Positions 1 through 10,767 of a DNA stretch of 64,000 nucleotides are shown here, in pieces; within the stretch, counting starts at the first letter, position 1; each line of letters starts with the position of its first letter. The notes under the pieces were generated by a model that saw only the letters and a program-made list of their open reading frames with translations, ran no database searches and was not told where the DNA came from. The stretch comes from an uncultured Chloroflexia bacterium. GTDB lineage: Bacteria; Chloroflexota; Dehalococcoidia; DSTF01; JALHUB01. The stretch is from assembly GCA_963726245.1 (NCBI GenBank), contig CAVSBT010000015.1, positions 160,001 to 224,000 on the forward strand, given 5' to 3'. The position numbers were made by a program, and so were the translations under genes.

Positions 1-86
1 ATGAGGCGCCGGAAGAGGTTGGGGACCGCCTCGTCTCGGTGTAGACTCACACCGGCGGATGGCTCATTTGGCTCGATGTCGCTCAT
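1..86 (-). CDS. 5' end of an unidentified gene running off the window (MSDIEPNEPSAGVSLHRDEAVPNLFRRL...)
   Basis: AAAGGAGG RBS upstream of ATG at 86; frame is open to the window edge. Confidence 0.55.
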   Translation of the reverse strand, partial: MSDIEPNEPSAGVSLHRDEAVPNLFRRL

Positions 87-260
87 TACGGCAGGGCCTC
101 CTTTGCTAGACGCTTAACCACCCTACCGCTGGTGATTTGAAAAAAGTATATCGAAGTGAGCAAGCCCGCGTCAACGGTGATAGGGCTAGGCCGAATCCGG
201 GGGAGCGAAAAAGTTGATGGGATCGGGCAATTTGACAATAACGCTTACTTGGGCCGTGAC

Positions 261-1080
261 ATGGGCAGCCTCTATCTAGTATCGACACCTATCGGAAACC
301 TGGAAGACGTGACCCTGCGCGCCCTGCGCGTCCTTCGCGAGGTCTCACTCATCGCCGCCGAGGATACGCGCACCACACGCAAGCTCCTCTCGCACTACGA
401 CATCCACACCCCGCTGACCAGCTACAACGAGCACAACAGCCGGGCCAAGACGCCGCGTCTGCTGGAGTCCCTGGCGGCGGGCGACGTGGCGCTCGTCTCC
501 GAGGCCGGCACGCCCGCCATCAGCGACCCCGGCCAGCACCTGGTGGCCGCCGCCTGGGAGGCCGGCGTCCGGGTGGTGCCGGTGCCGGGCCCGTCGGTGC
601 TGACGGCTGCCCTGTCGGCCTCCGGCCTCTCGACGCGGCGTTTTCTCTACCTGGGCTTTCCGCCAAGGCGGACGGGCGCCCTGCGCAGGCTGCTGCGCTC
701 CGTCAGCGACTTCCCGGAGACGCTGATCGCCTTCGAGGCGCCGCATCGCCTGCGGGCAACCCTGGCTGTCATGCGGGAGGAGCTGGGGGATCGCCAGGCC
801 GCCATCTGCCGCGAGCTTACCAAGGTGCACGAGGAGGTCTTTCGAGGCCGGCTAGCGGAGGCGGAGGAGCATTTCCTGGAGCCGCGCGGCGAGTTCACGC
901 TGGTCATCGAGGGGCGCCCGGAGGAGACAGAGGCTGCGGATGTCCCCGCCGACCTGCTCGCCGAGATAGCAGCGTTTGCGTGCCGGCGGCGTCCCTGCCC
1001 GCGAGGCGCTGCCGGCGCTCTCTGCCCGCTTCGGTTTGCCCCGCCGGCAGCTCTACCGTCTCTGGCTGGAGGCGAAGTGA
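261..1080 (+). CDS. rsmI: 16S rRNA (cytidine1402-2'-O)-methyltransferase; frameshift near the C-terminus
   Basis: LYLVSTPIGNLEDVTLRAL, AAEDTR, ELTKVHEE and RGEFTLVI motifs; precedes metG-tatD. Confidence 0.93.
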
Positions 1081-1140
1081 ATCGTGTCACAGGCGAGGCC
1101 TGTGGTAGAATGGGGTAACTTCGGCTCGGAAAGAGGACTG

Positions 1141-2848
1141 GTGGCGGAAAAGACCCTCGTCGCTGTAGCCTGGCCTTACGCCAACGGCCCCCTCCATACG
1201 GGCCAGATCGTCAGTAGCCAGCTTCCGGCCGATATCCTCGCCCGCTACTGCCGCGCCCGCGGCGACCGTGTGCTAATGGTCTCCGGCAGCGACCAGCACG
1301 GCACGCCCATCACCGTACGCGCCGAACAGGAGGGGAGCTCCCCTCTTGAGGTAGCCTCCCGCTACCACGAGGACTTCCTGGAGACGTGGCGGCTGATGGG
1401 CATTAGCTGGGACCTCTACACTACGACCAGCACCGAGAACCACGCCCGCGTCACCCACGACATCTTCCTGCGCCTGCTCGAGAACGACTACATCTACAAG
1501 GACAGCATGTCCCTCCCGTACTGTCTGCGCGACACCCGCTTCCTGCCCGACCGCTACGTCGAGGGCACCTGCCCCCACTGCGGCTACGACGGCGCCCGCG
1601 GCGACCAGTGCGACAACTGCGGCAAGACGCTCGACCCGCAGGAGCTCGTCGACCCGCGCTGCAAGCTCTGCGGCGACCGCCCTGAGTTCAGGGAGACAGA
1701 GCACTTCTTTCTCCGGCTGGGCGCCTTCACGGAGCGCCTGCGAGAGTGGGTAACGCCCAAGGACTACTGGCGCAAGCACGTCCTCAACTTCACGCTGGGC
1801 CTGCTCAATGAGGGCCTGCACGACCGCGCCATCACCCGCGACATCGACTGGGGGGTGACCGTGCCGGTGCCCGGCTACGAGAATAAGCGCATCTACGTCT
1901 GGTTCGAGGCGGTCATCGGCTACCTGTCGGCCTCCAAGGAGTGGGGGCAGCTCCACGGTCAGCCGGAGGCCTGGCGGGACTTCTGGGAGGACCCAGCAGT
2001 GCCGCGCCTACTACTTCCTGGGCAAGGACAACATCCCCTTCCACACCATCATCTGGCCCGCGATGCTCATGGGCTACGGCGGCCTCAACCTCCCCTACGA
2101 CGTGCCGGCGACCCAGTACCTGATGGTCCGGGGCGCCAAGGCCTCGACCAGCCGCGGCCTCGCCATCTGGGTCAACGACTTCCTGTCGCGGTACGACGCC
2201 GATGCTCTGCGCTACTGCCTGGCCGCCGGCATGCCAGAGAGTTCCGACACCGACTTCACCTGGTCCGAGTTCCTGCGACGCAACAACGACGAGCTGGTCG
2301 CGACCTGGGGTAACCTGGTGCACCGCGTGCTCACCTTCACCCATCGCCACTTCGACGAGCAGGTGCCCGACCCGGGCGAGCTGGACGATGCCGCGCGCGG
2401 CCTCTTGCAGCGCGCCGAGGCCGCCCTGGCCGAGGCCGGCGAGCACATCTCGGCCTGCCACTTCCGGGCCGGGCTGGGGTCGGCGCTGGCCCTGGCCCAG
2501 GAGGCGAACCGCTACCTGGACGAGCAGGCTCCCTGGCGCACCATCAGCCAGGACCGTCAGGCGGCGGGCCGCTCGCTCTACGTGACCATCGGCGTCATCA
2601 ACACGCTGAAGACGGCCCTCTACCCCTATCTGCCATTCTCCAGCCAGCGCCTGCACGGCTTCCTGGGCTACGAAGGCACCATCCAGGACGCAGGCTGGCG
2701 CTTCGAGGTGCCGCGGCCGGGCCAGAGGCTCCTGCAGCCGGAGGCGCTCTTCAAGAAGCTGGACCCGAGCATCGTTGATGAGGAGGAAGCCCGCCTTTTC
2801 CCCGGTCAGGCCGGCGTTTCCGCCACCGAGAGCGCTGCCGGCCCGTGA
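1141..2848 (+). CDS. metG: methionine--tRNA ligase; frameshift near 2005
   Basis: AWPYANG, SGSDQHGTPI, Zn knuckles, YVWFEA, RNNDELVATWGN; split over ORFs 1084..2313 and 2063..2848. Confidence 0.95.
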
Positions 2849-3684
2849 CAGGACTGATCGATACCCACACCCATCTCCAGCTCAGGGAGTTCGACAGGGA
2901 CCGGAAGGCGACCCTGGAGCGAGCCTGGCAGGCCGGGCTCGACGCGATGGTGGTGCTCGGCATCGATACCGCCAGCAGCGAGGCCGCCATCGCCCTGGCC
3001 GAGGCGGACCACCGCGTGTATGCTGCGGTCGGGTGGCACCCTCACACGGCCGCTGGTTTCGACCAGCGGGGCCAGCGCCGCCTGCGGGAGCTCACGCAGC
3101 ACCCCCGGGTGGTGGCCGTGGGCGAGATCGGGCTCGACTTCTATCGCAACCTGTCGCCGCGGGAGGATCAGGTGCGGGTGCTGGAGGAGCAGCTCGCCTT
3201 GGCCGCCGAGTGCCGGCTGCCCGTCGCCGTGCATTGCCGCAACGCCCAGAAGGAGATGTACCCGATTCTGGAGCGCTGGGCAAAGAATGCGCGCCCCCTC
3301 TTCGGAGAGGGCCGGCCCCTGGGAGTCATGCACTACTTCAGCGGCGACCTGGAGCTGGCCCGCCGCTACGTCGACATGGGCTTCCTGATCTCCGTTCACA
3401 CCTGTGTGACGTACCCCACGTCGGGCGAGCTGCGAAAGGTGGCGGCCGCGCTTGACATAACCAAGCTGGTCTTCGAGACGGACAGCCCTTACGGCGCGCC
3501 GCAGTCCAAACGGGGGCGTCGCAATGAGCCGGCCTACGTCGCTGAGGCGGCGACGCTCGTGGCTGAGCTGCGTGGCCTGACTGTTGAGGCGGTGGCATTG
3601 GAGAGCGGGAGGAACGCCTCGCGGCTGTTCGGGCTGACGACGGCCCGGGCGGGGGCTGCCAGCGCAGGGGGAAGCGCATGCTGA
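2845..3684 (+). CDS. tatD: TatD family hydrolase/DNase
   Basis: LIDTHTHL, GWHPH, GEIGLDFY, ETDSPY motifs. Confidence 0.93.
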   Translation: MTGLIDTHTHLQLREFDRDRKATLERAWQAGLDAMVVLGIDTASSEAAIALAEADHRVYAAVGWHPHTAAGFDQRGQRRLRELTQHPRVVAVGEIGLDFYRNLSPREDQVRVLEEQLALAAECRLPVAVHCRNAQKEMYPILERWAKNARPLFGEGRPLGVMHYFSGDLELARRYVDMGFLISVHTCVTYPTSGELRKVAAALDITKLVFETDSPYGAPQSKRGRRNEPAYVAEAATLVAELRGLTVEAVALESGRNASRLFGLTTARAGAASAGGSAC

Positions 3685-4650
3685 GGACCGTGTCCATTCA
3701 GGCCGCGATCCAGGACGAGCTGGCCCAGGTCGAGGAGACGCTCCAGGCTATCAAGCGCGTTGACTTCGCTGAGCTGTCGGAGATGCTCGACCACGTGCTG
3801 GCGTCCTTCGGGCAAGATGCTCCGTCCCAGCATTGCTCTGCTGGCCGGCAAGTTCAACGACAACCACCGTCAGGAGCTGCTGGTGCCGTTAGCTGCCTCC
3901 ATCGAGCTACTGCACACGGCGACGCTGGTCCATGACGACGTCATCGACCGAGCCAGCACGCGCCGGGGGCGGCCGACGGCCAACAGCCTCTTCGACAACT
4001 CGATCTCCGTCATGTTGGGGGACTACATGTTCGCTCACGCCGCCGACCTGGCGGCCCGCACCGGCAGCATAGAGGTGGTGCGGATGTTCTCTCGCACCCT
4101 CCTCGCCATGGCCCGCGGCGAGTTGGAGCAGGACATGACGGCCTACGACTACGGCCAGACCACCCGCCAGTACTTCCAGCGCATCGCCAGCAAGACGGCT
4201 TCTCTCTTCGCTGCCGCCGCTGAGGGCGGGGCCCTCGTCTCGGCGGCGCCGGATGCCTGGCGCGTGGCTCTGCAGGACTACGGCGAGAGCGTGGGCATGG
4301 CCTTCCAGATCGTCGACGATATCCTGGACTTCAGCGGCGACGAGGTCGAGATGGGGAAGCCTGTCGGCAGCGATCTGCTCCAGGGTACCCTGACGCTGCC
4401 GTCCCTCCTCCTGATGGAGCGCTACCCGCGCGACAACCCCGTGAAGCGCTTCTTCCGCCACCGGCGCAGCCCGCGCCATCTGGCCGAGGCCGTGGAGACT
4501 GTCGTCAGCTCCGGCATCCTCGACGAATGCCAGCGGGTGGCCGGCGACTTCCGCGACCGGGCACACGCCGCCCTCGAGATTCTCCCCGCCAGCGAGGCCC
4601 GCGAGTCGCTGGCGGAGATTGCCGACTACGTGCTGGAGCGCAGGGCCTGA
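3678..4650 (+). CDS. polyprenyl diphosphate synthase; frameshift near 3805
   Basis: ATLVHDDVID-RRG (FARM), FQIVDDILD (SARM), GKPVGSDL. Confidence 0.92.
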
Positions 4651-4655
4651 GAGCC

Positions 4656-4730
4656 CTGGAACCTTGGAACCCGGGAACCTTCGAACCTTGGGGCTTCTAG
4701 GTTCCAAGGTTCTTAAGTTCTAAGGTTCCA
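4656..4730. repeat. inverted array of 8-bp tandem repeats (GGAACCTT-like x4, then AAGGTTCC-like x4) between convergent genes
   Basis: ggaaccttggaacccgggaaccttcgaaccttg...taggttccaaggttcttaagttctaaggttcca; forms a long hairpin. Confidence 0.75.
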
Positions 4731-4734
4731 GACG

Positions 4735-5091
4735 TCAACTCCTCCTCTCCTCCTTCTCGCGGAGGACCTTCTTCTCCTTCTCGTCCGCCAGCTCCCCCCT
4801 GGTCTTCTTGGGGGGCGGCACTGGCTTGTTGATCTCCGGGTGCTCGTTCATGCGCGCCGGGCCCCGAGCCAGCGACCGCACCTCCTTGCCCAGGTGCCAG
4901 TAGGTGCCTTTGTCGGGGATGCGGCGAGGGTAGCCGTCGCGGAGGGTGAAGGCCATGAAGGAGGTGGGCATGATGCGCTGTCCATCGCGGTCGCAGATGG
5001 GGCAGGGCTGCGGGTAGGAGGCCTCGCGCATCGATCGCAGCGCCTCGAAGATGCCGTCGCAGTGCCGGCAGTAGTACTCATAGACGGGCAC
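4735..5091 (-). CDS. FmdB family zinc-ribbon protein
   Basis: MPVYEYYCRHC...CPIC; GGAGG RBS before GTG. Confidence 0.82.
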   Translation of the reverse strand: MPVYEYYCRHCDGIFEALRSMREASYPQPCPICDRDGQRIMPTSFMAFTLRDGYPRRIPDKGTYWHLGKEVRSLARGPARMNEHPEINKPVPPPKKTRGELADEKEKKVLREKEERRS

Positions 5092-5153
5092 AGCGGTTCA
5101 CCTCCTGCGACAGCCCGGCTCTGCGAAGTGCGAGGCGCCCAGCCGGCCGGGGG

Positions 5154-5636
5154 TTAGTCTGCGTACGCTCCCTCTAACCGGTGGTCATGGTCATCATAGT
5201 TGGGAAGAGTCCGCTCGTATTCTTCGGTCATCAGTGGCGATGAGACCATGAAGTCAGCGGAAGCTCGGTTGCAGGCCACCGGGATGTTCCACACCACGGC
5301 GATCCGCAGGAGGGCTTTCACGTCTGGATCGTGCGGCTGCGGTTCGAGAGGGTCCCAGAAGAAGATCAGAAGATCGATGTCCCCTTCTGCGATCTTGGCT
5401 CCGATCTGCTGGTCACCGCCCAGCGGCCCGCTTTGGAGTTTGACAACCTCGAAATCGAGCTCCTCCTCCAGCAGTGTGCCGGTTGTTCCTGTCGCGCAAA
5501 GCTCGTGCTCGTCCAGCAGGTCCCTGTTGTACTTCGCCCACTCCAGGAGATCACGCTTCTTGTTGTCGTGCGCTACGAGGGCGATCCTCTTCTTCTTCTT
5601 TGGCACCAGCTCGTCATCTTCCATATCTTCCTTCAT
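5154..5636 (-). CDS. mgsA: methylglyoxal synthase
   Basis: [38 protein letters not shown]. Confidence 0.96.
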   Translation of the reverse strand: MKEDMEDDELVPKKKKRIALVAHDNKKRDLLEWAKYNRDLLDEHELCATGTTGTLLEEELDFEVVKLQSGPLGGDQQIGAKIAEGDIDLLIFFWDPLEPQPHDPDVKALLRIAVVWNIPVACNRASADFMVSSPLMTEEYERTLPNYDDHDHRLEGAYAD

Positions 5637-5750
5637 CCTCCTTCCCTCCACGTCAAGGGCAGGCCGCACCTGGCTCATGCCGTGACTCACTAGTATATAC
5701 GTTTCAGGCGCCGCGGGGGGCTCGAGGCAAGGATCTGTCCTGGCAACGCC

Positions 5751-6524
5751 TTACTTGCGGACAGCCTTCCGCCGCCGCAGCGTGTCGAGGAAGGCGGCCG
5801 AGCGCAGGTCTCGCTCCAGCAGGTAGCGGATGTACTCCCGCAGGTGCTGCTCCAGCTCCTGGGCCAGCGCCCCTGCTATCCGCACCCGCGCGGCGTCGCC
5901 GAAGCCGCCTCGTTGGAGCGCCCGCAGCACCTTGAGAGCGCTCAACGACAGCTCGCGCGACAGGGGCTCGCCGGCCGCGCAGGCCGGGCAGAGCACCCCA
6001 CCGCCGGAGGCGCTCCAGAAGTTAGTTGTGGGTTCCAGCGCCGCGCCGCAGGACACGCATCGGTCCAGTTGGGGCCGGTAGCCGAGCTCGTCCAGGAGCT
6101 GCACCTCGAAGTAGCGAAGCACCAGGTCCAGGTCATCGCGGGTCGCCAGGCGGCGGAGCGTCTCCAGTAGGAGCCTGAAGAGAGGGTGGGACTCCTGACG
6201 GTCGGGCGTGAGCCGGTCGACAAGTTCAGCGGCGTAGAGGCCCCGCCCCAGGCGCTCGAGCTCTTCGCGCAGGGGTGTCAGCGGCTCCAGTGTCTCGGCC
6301 TGGGTGACGATGTCCAGTTCGCGGCCCTGGGCGAGAAGCAAGGTGCTGTAGGTGAGCGGTTCGACGTGGCCGGCGAGCTTGCTGGTGGGCCGCCGCACCC
6401 CCTTGGCCACGGCGTCCAGCTTGCCGCGGTCAGCGGTGAACAGCGTCAGGATCTTGTCGGCCTCACCCAGCTTGCGGTGTCGGAGAACGATGGCGGCGGT
6501 CTTGTAGACGCGAGGAGGGGGCAA
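5751..6524 (-). CDS. recO: DNA repair protein RecO
   Basis: GEADKILTLFT, AVAKGVR, CxxC...CxxC Zn finger. Confidence 0.95.
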   Translation of the reverse strand: MPPPRVYKTAAIVLRHRKLGEADKILTLFTADRGKLDAVAKGVRRPTSKLAGHVEPLTYSTLLLAQGRELDIVTQAETLEPLTPLREELERLGRGLYAAELVDRLTPDRQESHPLFRLLLETLRRLATRDDLDLVLRYFEVQLLDELGYRPQLDRCVSCGAALEPTTNFWSASGGGVLCPACAAGEPLSRELSLSALKVLRALQRGGFGDAARVRIAGALAQELEQHLREYIRYLLERDLRSAAFLDTLRRRKAVRK

Positions 6525-6526
6525 GA

Positions 6527-6859
6527 CTAGTTCGCTTTGGGTTCGATGACTACTGCTGTTCCGTAGGCCAGGACTTCTGCCAGCCCCGCTACCTCTTCGG
6601 AGTCATATCTCATGCCGATGACGGCGTTGGCGCCCAGGGATTGGGCGTGGGACACCATCTGGTCGAAGGCCTCTTGCCGCGATGTGTCGCACAGTTGAAC
6701 CCAGGCCTTGATGCGCCCCCCGAACAGGCCTCGCAGCCAGGACAGAAACGTCTGTGCCAGGTTCGTCGTCCGCACCGTCAAGCCGCGGACCACGCCGAGG
6801 TACTTCGTGATCCTGTAGCCCTCCACCTCGAGCCCTGTTGTGACCACGATGTCGGCCAT
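6527..6859 (-). CDS. YbjQ/UPF0145 family protein
   Basis: YLGVVRG, GANAVIGMRYD, EVLAYGTAV. Confidence 0.9.
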   Translation of the reverse strand: MADIVVTTGLEVEGYRITKYLGVVRGLTVRTTNLAQTFLSWLRGLFGGRIKAWVQLCDTSRQEAFDQMVSHAQSLGANAVIGMRYDSEEVAGLAEVLAYGTAVVIEPKAN

Positions 6860-6880
6860 GTGAGGGGTCTCCTTTCCGGC

Positions 6881-7492
6881 CTATACCTCCTGCCTGCCCT
6901 CCAGGGCGCGGGCCAGGGTGACGTTGTCGGCATATTCCAGGTCGGCGCCCACAGGAAGGCCGCGGGCCAGGCGGGTCACCTTCACCTCGAGGGGCGAGAT
7001 GAGCCGCGCGATGTACATGGCGGTGGCCTCGCCCTCCAGGTTGGGGTTGGTGGCCATGATCACCTCGCGCACCTCGCCCGAGCGCAGGCGGCTCAGCAGC
7101 TCCTTCACCTTGAGTTCGTCGGGGCCGACGCCGTCCATCGGCGAGATGACGCCGTGCAGCACGTGGTAGAGCCCTCTGTAGGCGCCCGCCCGCTCCAGGG
7201 CCAGGATGTCCAGCGGCTCCTCCACCACGCAGATGGCGCCGTGGTCGCGCTCCGGGTTCGAGCAGATGGCGCAGGGGTCGCTGTCCGCGATGTTCTGGCA
7301 GAGGGAGCAGAGGACGGTCTTCTCCTTGACCTCTGTAATGGCCTCAGCCAGGGCGCGCGCCTCCTCGGCGGGGGCGCGCAGGAGGTGGTAGGTGAGGCGC
7401 TGGGCGCTCTTGGGCCCGATGCCCGGCAGCTTGTGGAACGCTTCGATGAGACGGGCGACGGGGGCCGCCGCCGAGATGACGGGTTCGTTCAA
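6881..7492 (-). CDS. recR: recombination mediator RecR
   Basis: LPGIGPKSAQRL, C4 Zn finger, ATNPNLEGEATA. Confidence 0.97.
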   Translation of the reverse strand: MNEPVISAAAPVARLIEAFHKLPGIGPKSAQRLTYHLLRAPAEEARALAEAITEVKEKTVLCSLCQNIADSDPCAICSNPERDHGAICVVEEPLDILALERAGAYRGLYHVLHGVISPMDGVGPDELKVKELLSRLRSGEVREVIMATNPNLEGEATAMYIARLISPLEVKVTRLARGLPVGADLEYADNVTLARALEGRQEV

Positions 7493-7522
7493 GGGGGCTC
7501 CTCTCTCCCGCGTGCGACCGGA

Positions 7523-7849
7523 CTAGCGCCCGCCGGGGCCAAAGCCGCCCGGAAGATGCAGACCGCCGGTGAGGCCGGCCATGCTATCGGCCTGGAGGGC
7601 CTGCACCCGCTCCAGGGCCTCGCTGAGAGCGGCCGTCACCAGGTCCTCGAGCATCTCCACGTCTCCGGGGTCCACCACCTCGGGCGCGATCTTCACCGAT
7701 TGCACCCGCAGGCCGCCGGTGACGGCTACGGTGACGGCGCCGCCGCCGGCGCTGCCCTCGACGGACGTGTTGAGAAGCTGCTCCTGGGCTTTGGCAAGCC
7801 GCTCCTGCATCTTCTGCATCTGGCGCATGAGGTCTCGGTTCATGCCCAT
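7523..7849 (-). CDS. ybaB: YbaB/EbfC nucleoid-associated protein
   Basis: EGSAGGGAVTV, DVEMLEDLV; lies between dnaX and recR. Confidence 0.95.
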   Translation of the reverse strand: MGMNRDLMRQMQKMQERLAKAQEQLLNTSVEGSAGGGAVTVAVTGGLRVQSVKIAPEVVDPGDVEMLEDLVTAALSEALERVQALQADSMAGLTGGLHLPGGFGPGGR

Positions 7850-7858
7850 CGCCGTCTC

Positions 7859-9568
7859 CTATTCCTGCTCAGGGATGATGCGCGCACCCATCTCGCGGGC
7901 GGCCTCCACCAGGTGTCCACCTCGCCGTCCCGAAACCGGCCTTGGCGCTGCCTCGGGCGCATGGATGCAGCGAACGCTCAGGCCCTGGCCTAGCACCTGG
8001 TCTACGGCCTCCTGGAGAGACTTCAGGTTGGAGCCGCCGTCGCCGCTGTTCATGCGCTCCGCCAGCCACTGGTTGCGGAACCCGAAGACGACGGCGTCGT
8101 CCTCCACCTCGACGATGTCGCAGCCGCTGTTGAGGAGCGCCCCGGCCTTGAAGTTGAGCTGCCGCGTAAGGCTGTAGATGTCGCGCCAGCACTCCCTGGC
8201 CTGCTCCAGGGTGAGCGGGCCAGACCGGGCGCGCACGGGTGTCGGCTCTGGCGCCGGCCCGGGCGTGAGCGTTGGCTCCTCGCCGCCCGCTGTTGGCTCG
8301 ACGGCGGCAGCGGCCGGCTTCGGCTTGGATACGGGTGGCGCCGGGGCGGGCGATGCTCGCTCCTCTGTCGAGGCCCAGGCCTCTATGCGGCTGCGCGCCG
8401 GCCTGACGGGCGCGGGGGCTGGCCGCGGGGGCGCCCGGCGGTCGGCCTCGACAGCCTGAGAGGGACGAGGCGCCGGCGCCTCCGCTTCGACGGGGCCGAG
8501 GACGCATTCGGCCAGGGCCAGCTCCAGCGGCAGCGACGACTGCGGATCGGCCCGCAGGTCGGCCTGCCCGAAGGTCTTGAGCGCGCGCAGGATACGATCG
8601 GCGCTCACGCCGGACGCCTGAGCCTTCAGCTCCTCCGCCTGCTCGTGGGTGAGGGACAGGGCGGCCTCGGCGCCGGCCTTGACCAGCAGAAGGTTGCGCA
8701 GGTGCCCGACCACCTCTCGCTGGAACTGGCGCAGGTCGAGGCCGTCGTCACGCACGGAGGCGATGAGCGCCAGCCCGCCCGCCAGGTCGCCCGCAAGGAC
8801 GTGACGCGCCAGTTCGCCGCTACGGGCATCGCCGACGAGGCCCAGACCGGCCTGCACGTTGGCCAGGGTCAGCTTGCGGCCGTGGCCGTCCATGAGCTGT
8901 TCCAGCAGGTTGAGGGCGTCGCGAAGGCTGCCGGTGGCGCTGCGGGCGACGAGATCCAGGCCCTCCTCAGGGCACTTCACCTTCTCCTCGCGGCAGATGC
9001 GCTTCAGGACTTCCACGATGGCCGCCAGCGGTATGCGCCGGAAATCGAAGCGCTGGCAGCGGGAGCCGATGGTGGCCGGCACCTTGTGTGGCTCGGTGGT
9101 GGCGAGGACGAAGATGGCGTGCGGCGGCGGCTCCTCGAGCGTCTTGAGGAGGGCGTTGAAGGCCGGCTCCGTCAGCATGTGCACCTCGTCCACCAGGTAG
9201 AGCTTGTAGCGTGAGGCGGCGGGCGCGAACCCGACCTTGTCGCGCAGGGCGCGGATCTCGTCGATGCCGCGGTTGCTGGCGGCGTCCAGCTCGATGAGGT
9301 CCAACGCGCGCCCCTCCAGGAAGACGCGGCAGGAGTCGCAGGCGTTGCAGGGCTCGCCGTCGTGGGCGTCGGTGCAGTTGACGGCCTTGGCCAGCAGGCG
9401 TCCGCTGGTGGTCTTGCCGGTGCCGCGCGGGCCGGTGAACAGGTAGGCGTGGGCCACCTTGCCGGAGGCGATGGCGTTGGTCAGTGTGCGGGTGATGGGC
9501 TCCTGGCCGGCCACCTCGCCAAAGGTCTGAGGGCGCCACTTGCGGTAGAGGACTTCGCTGGTCAACAC
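7859..9568 (-). CDS. dnaX: DNA polymerase III gamma/tau
   Basis: LYRKWRPQTF, GPRGTGKT, DEVHML, FNALLKTLEEPP. Confidence 0.97.
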   Translation of the reverse strand: MLTSEVLYRKWRPQTFGEVAGQEPITRTLTNAIASGKVAHAYLFTGPRGTGKTTSGRLLAKAVNCTDAHDGEPCNACDSCRVFLEGRALDLIELDAASNRGIDEIRALRDKVGFAPAASRYKLYLVDEVHMLTEPAFNALLKTLEEPPPHAIFVLATTEPHKVPATIGSRCQRFDFRRIPLAAIVEVLKRICREEKVKCPEEGLDLVARSATGSLRDALNLLEQLMDGHGRKLTLANVQAGLGLVGDARSGELARHVLAGDLAGGLALIASVRDDGLDLRQFQREVVGHLRNLLLVKAGAEAALSLTHEQAEELKAQASGVSADRILRALKTFGQADLRADPQSSLPLELALAECVLGPVEAEAPAPRPSQAVEADRRAPPRPAPAPVRPARSRIEAWASTEERASPAPAPPVSKPKPAAAAVEPTAGGEEPTLTPGPAPEPTPVRARSGPLTLEQARECWRDIYSLTRQLNFKAGALLNSGCDIVEVEDDAVVFGFRNQWLAERMNSGDGGSNLKSLQEAVDQVLGQGLSVRCIHAPEAAPRPVSGRRGGHLVEAAREMGARIIPEQE

Positions 9569-9709
9569 AACTCCTCAGACAAGAGGCGGCGTAACCACTG
9601 CTGACCGGTGCACCGTCCGCCCTCACCTGCCTTGCGTCGCCATTATAGTGTAGGGCTGATCAGCGCAAAAGGCTGCCGACACCGGGGGAGAATCGGCGAC
9701 GGGCTTGCA

Positions 9710-9738
9710 GAAAACCGTCTCGCGGTGAGACGGTCTTC
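9710..9738 (-). terminator. intrinsic terminator downstream of the DUF4242 gene
   Basis: minus strand gaccgtctcaccgcgagacggtTTTC: hairpin plus U-tract. Confidence 0.55.
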
Positions 9739-9808
9739 CGTGGCTTAAACTCTCCTGTGGCAGCGTGCTGTTAGCCACCTCCGCTGCCCGTGGGAAAAGG
9801 GGCCGGAG

Positions 9809-10060
9809 CTAAGACCCCTCGCGCACCTGTAGAATCTCGTCGGCGACCAGGCCGTGCGCCTCACGGTGTACGGTCGCCGCTGCCTCCTTGCTGGGTGCCT
9901 CGACCAGGCAATACACACGGTGCGCGTCCTCGTTGAACCAGTACTTGAGGTACTTGACGCCGTGTTTCTTCTGTACCTCTACGTCTCTTGCGTGCGCTTC
10001 AGCCACCGCCTGCGCGGTGAGCCCCTCAACGTTCTGATGGACATCCATGTACAGTGGCAT
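9809..10060 (-). CDS. DUF4242 / SCO4226-like nickel-binding protein
   Basis: MPLYMDVH, AEAHARD, YCLVEAP, VHREAHGLVADEI. Confidence 0.85.
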   Translation of the reverse strand: MPLYMDVHQNVEGLTAQAVAEAHARDVEVQKKHGVKYLKYWFNEDAHRVYCLVEAPSKEAAATVHREAHGLVADEILQVREGS

Positions 10061-10223
10061 ATGGCACTCCCTTCGCCCTAATATATAGGCATTATACCCT
10101 ACTAGCCGGTGGCGTGACAAGGAAGGGAAGGCTGCGGTGCCTACACGCGAGGACAAAGTCCGTGATGTCCGTGAGCGCTATTGAGGAGAGGGCGAGCGAC
10201 TCGCTGCGGGCTGGTCGCGGACC

Positions 10224-10712
10224 TCACGCGGTGCGCGGGTGGCGGGGCTCGCCGCCGAGTATAAACCTCTCGCGGGCCCGCATGCGGCGCTCGTCTTCCG
10301 GGTCCTCGTGGTCGTAGCCCAGGAGGTGGAGGAGGCCGTGCGCCACCAGATGGGCCGCCTCCTCTTGCACGCTGTGACCGGCCTCTTGGGCCTGGCGCTC
10401 CGCTGTCGGATACGACAGGATAACGTCCCCCAGGTGCCGCACGCCGTCGGGCGGCGTGACGAAGGGCTCGCTGGCGGGCTCGTGGCCGAAGGAGAGGACG
10501 TCGGTGGGCTCATCTAGGCCGCGATAGCGGCGGTTCAGGTCGCGCACCGTCTCGTCATCGGTGACCACCAGGCCGGCCTCGGCGGGCGGCGCCACCCCTT
10601 CGGCCTTGAGGACGCGGACGGCCAGGCGTCGCAGCGCTGCCCGGTCCAGCCGGCCGCGAAAGCCGGCCTCGATCTTGATGGGCACTTCGTATCTGGGGCG
10701 TGCGTCTGCCAT
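10224..10712 (-). CDS. ybeY: rRNA maturation RNase YbeY
   Basis: LNRRYRG, PTDVLSF, HGLLHLLGYDH. Confidence 0.95.
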   Translation of the reverse strand: MADARPRYEVPIKIEAGFRGRLDRAALRRLAVRVLKAEGVAPPAEAGLVVTDDETVRDLNRRYRGLDEPTDVLSFGHEPASEPFVTPPDGVRHLGDVILSYPTAERQAQEAGHSVQEEAAHLVAHGLLHLLGYDHEDPEDERRMRARERFILGGEPRHPRTA

Positions 10713-10739
10713 GGCCGGCGAGATCATATCATGCGTGTA

Positions 10740-10767
10740 GTAGGGGCGGTTCGCGAACCGCCCCTAC
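10740..10767. repeat. GTAG-type REP palindrome overlapping the relA stop codon
   Basis: GTAGGGGCGGTTCGCGAACCGCCCCTAC; near-identical copy at 41786. Confidence 0.8.

Noticed and set aside
9569-9808. SRP RNA upstream of dnaX, as in many Gram-positive genomes
   Set aside because: No helix-8 CAGG..GGAA..AGCAG motif on either strand; only a -10 box and a terminator
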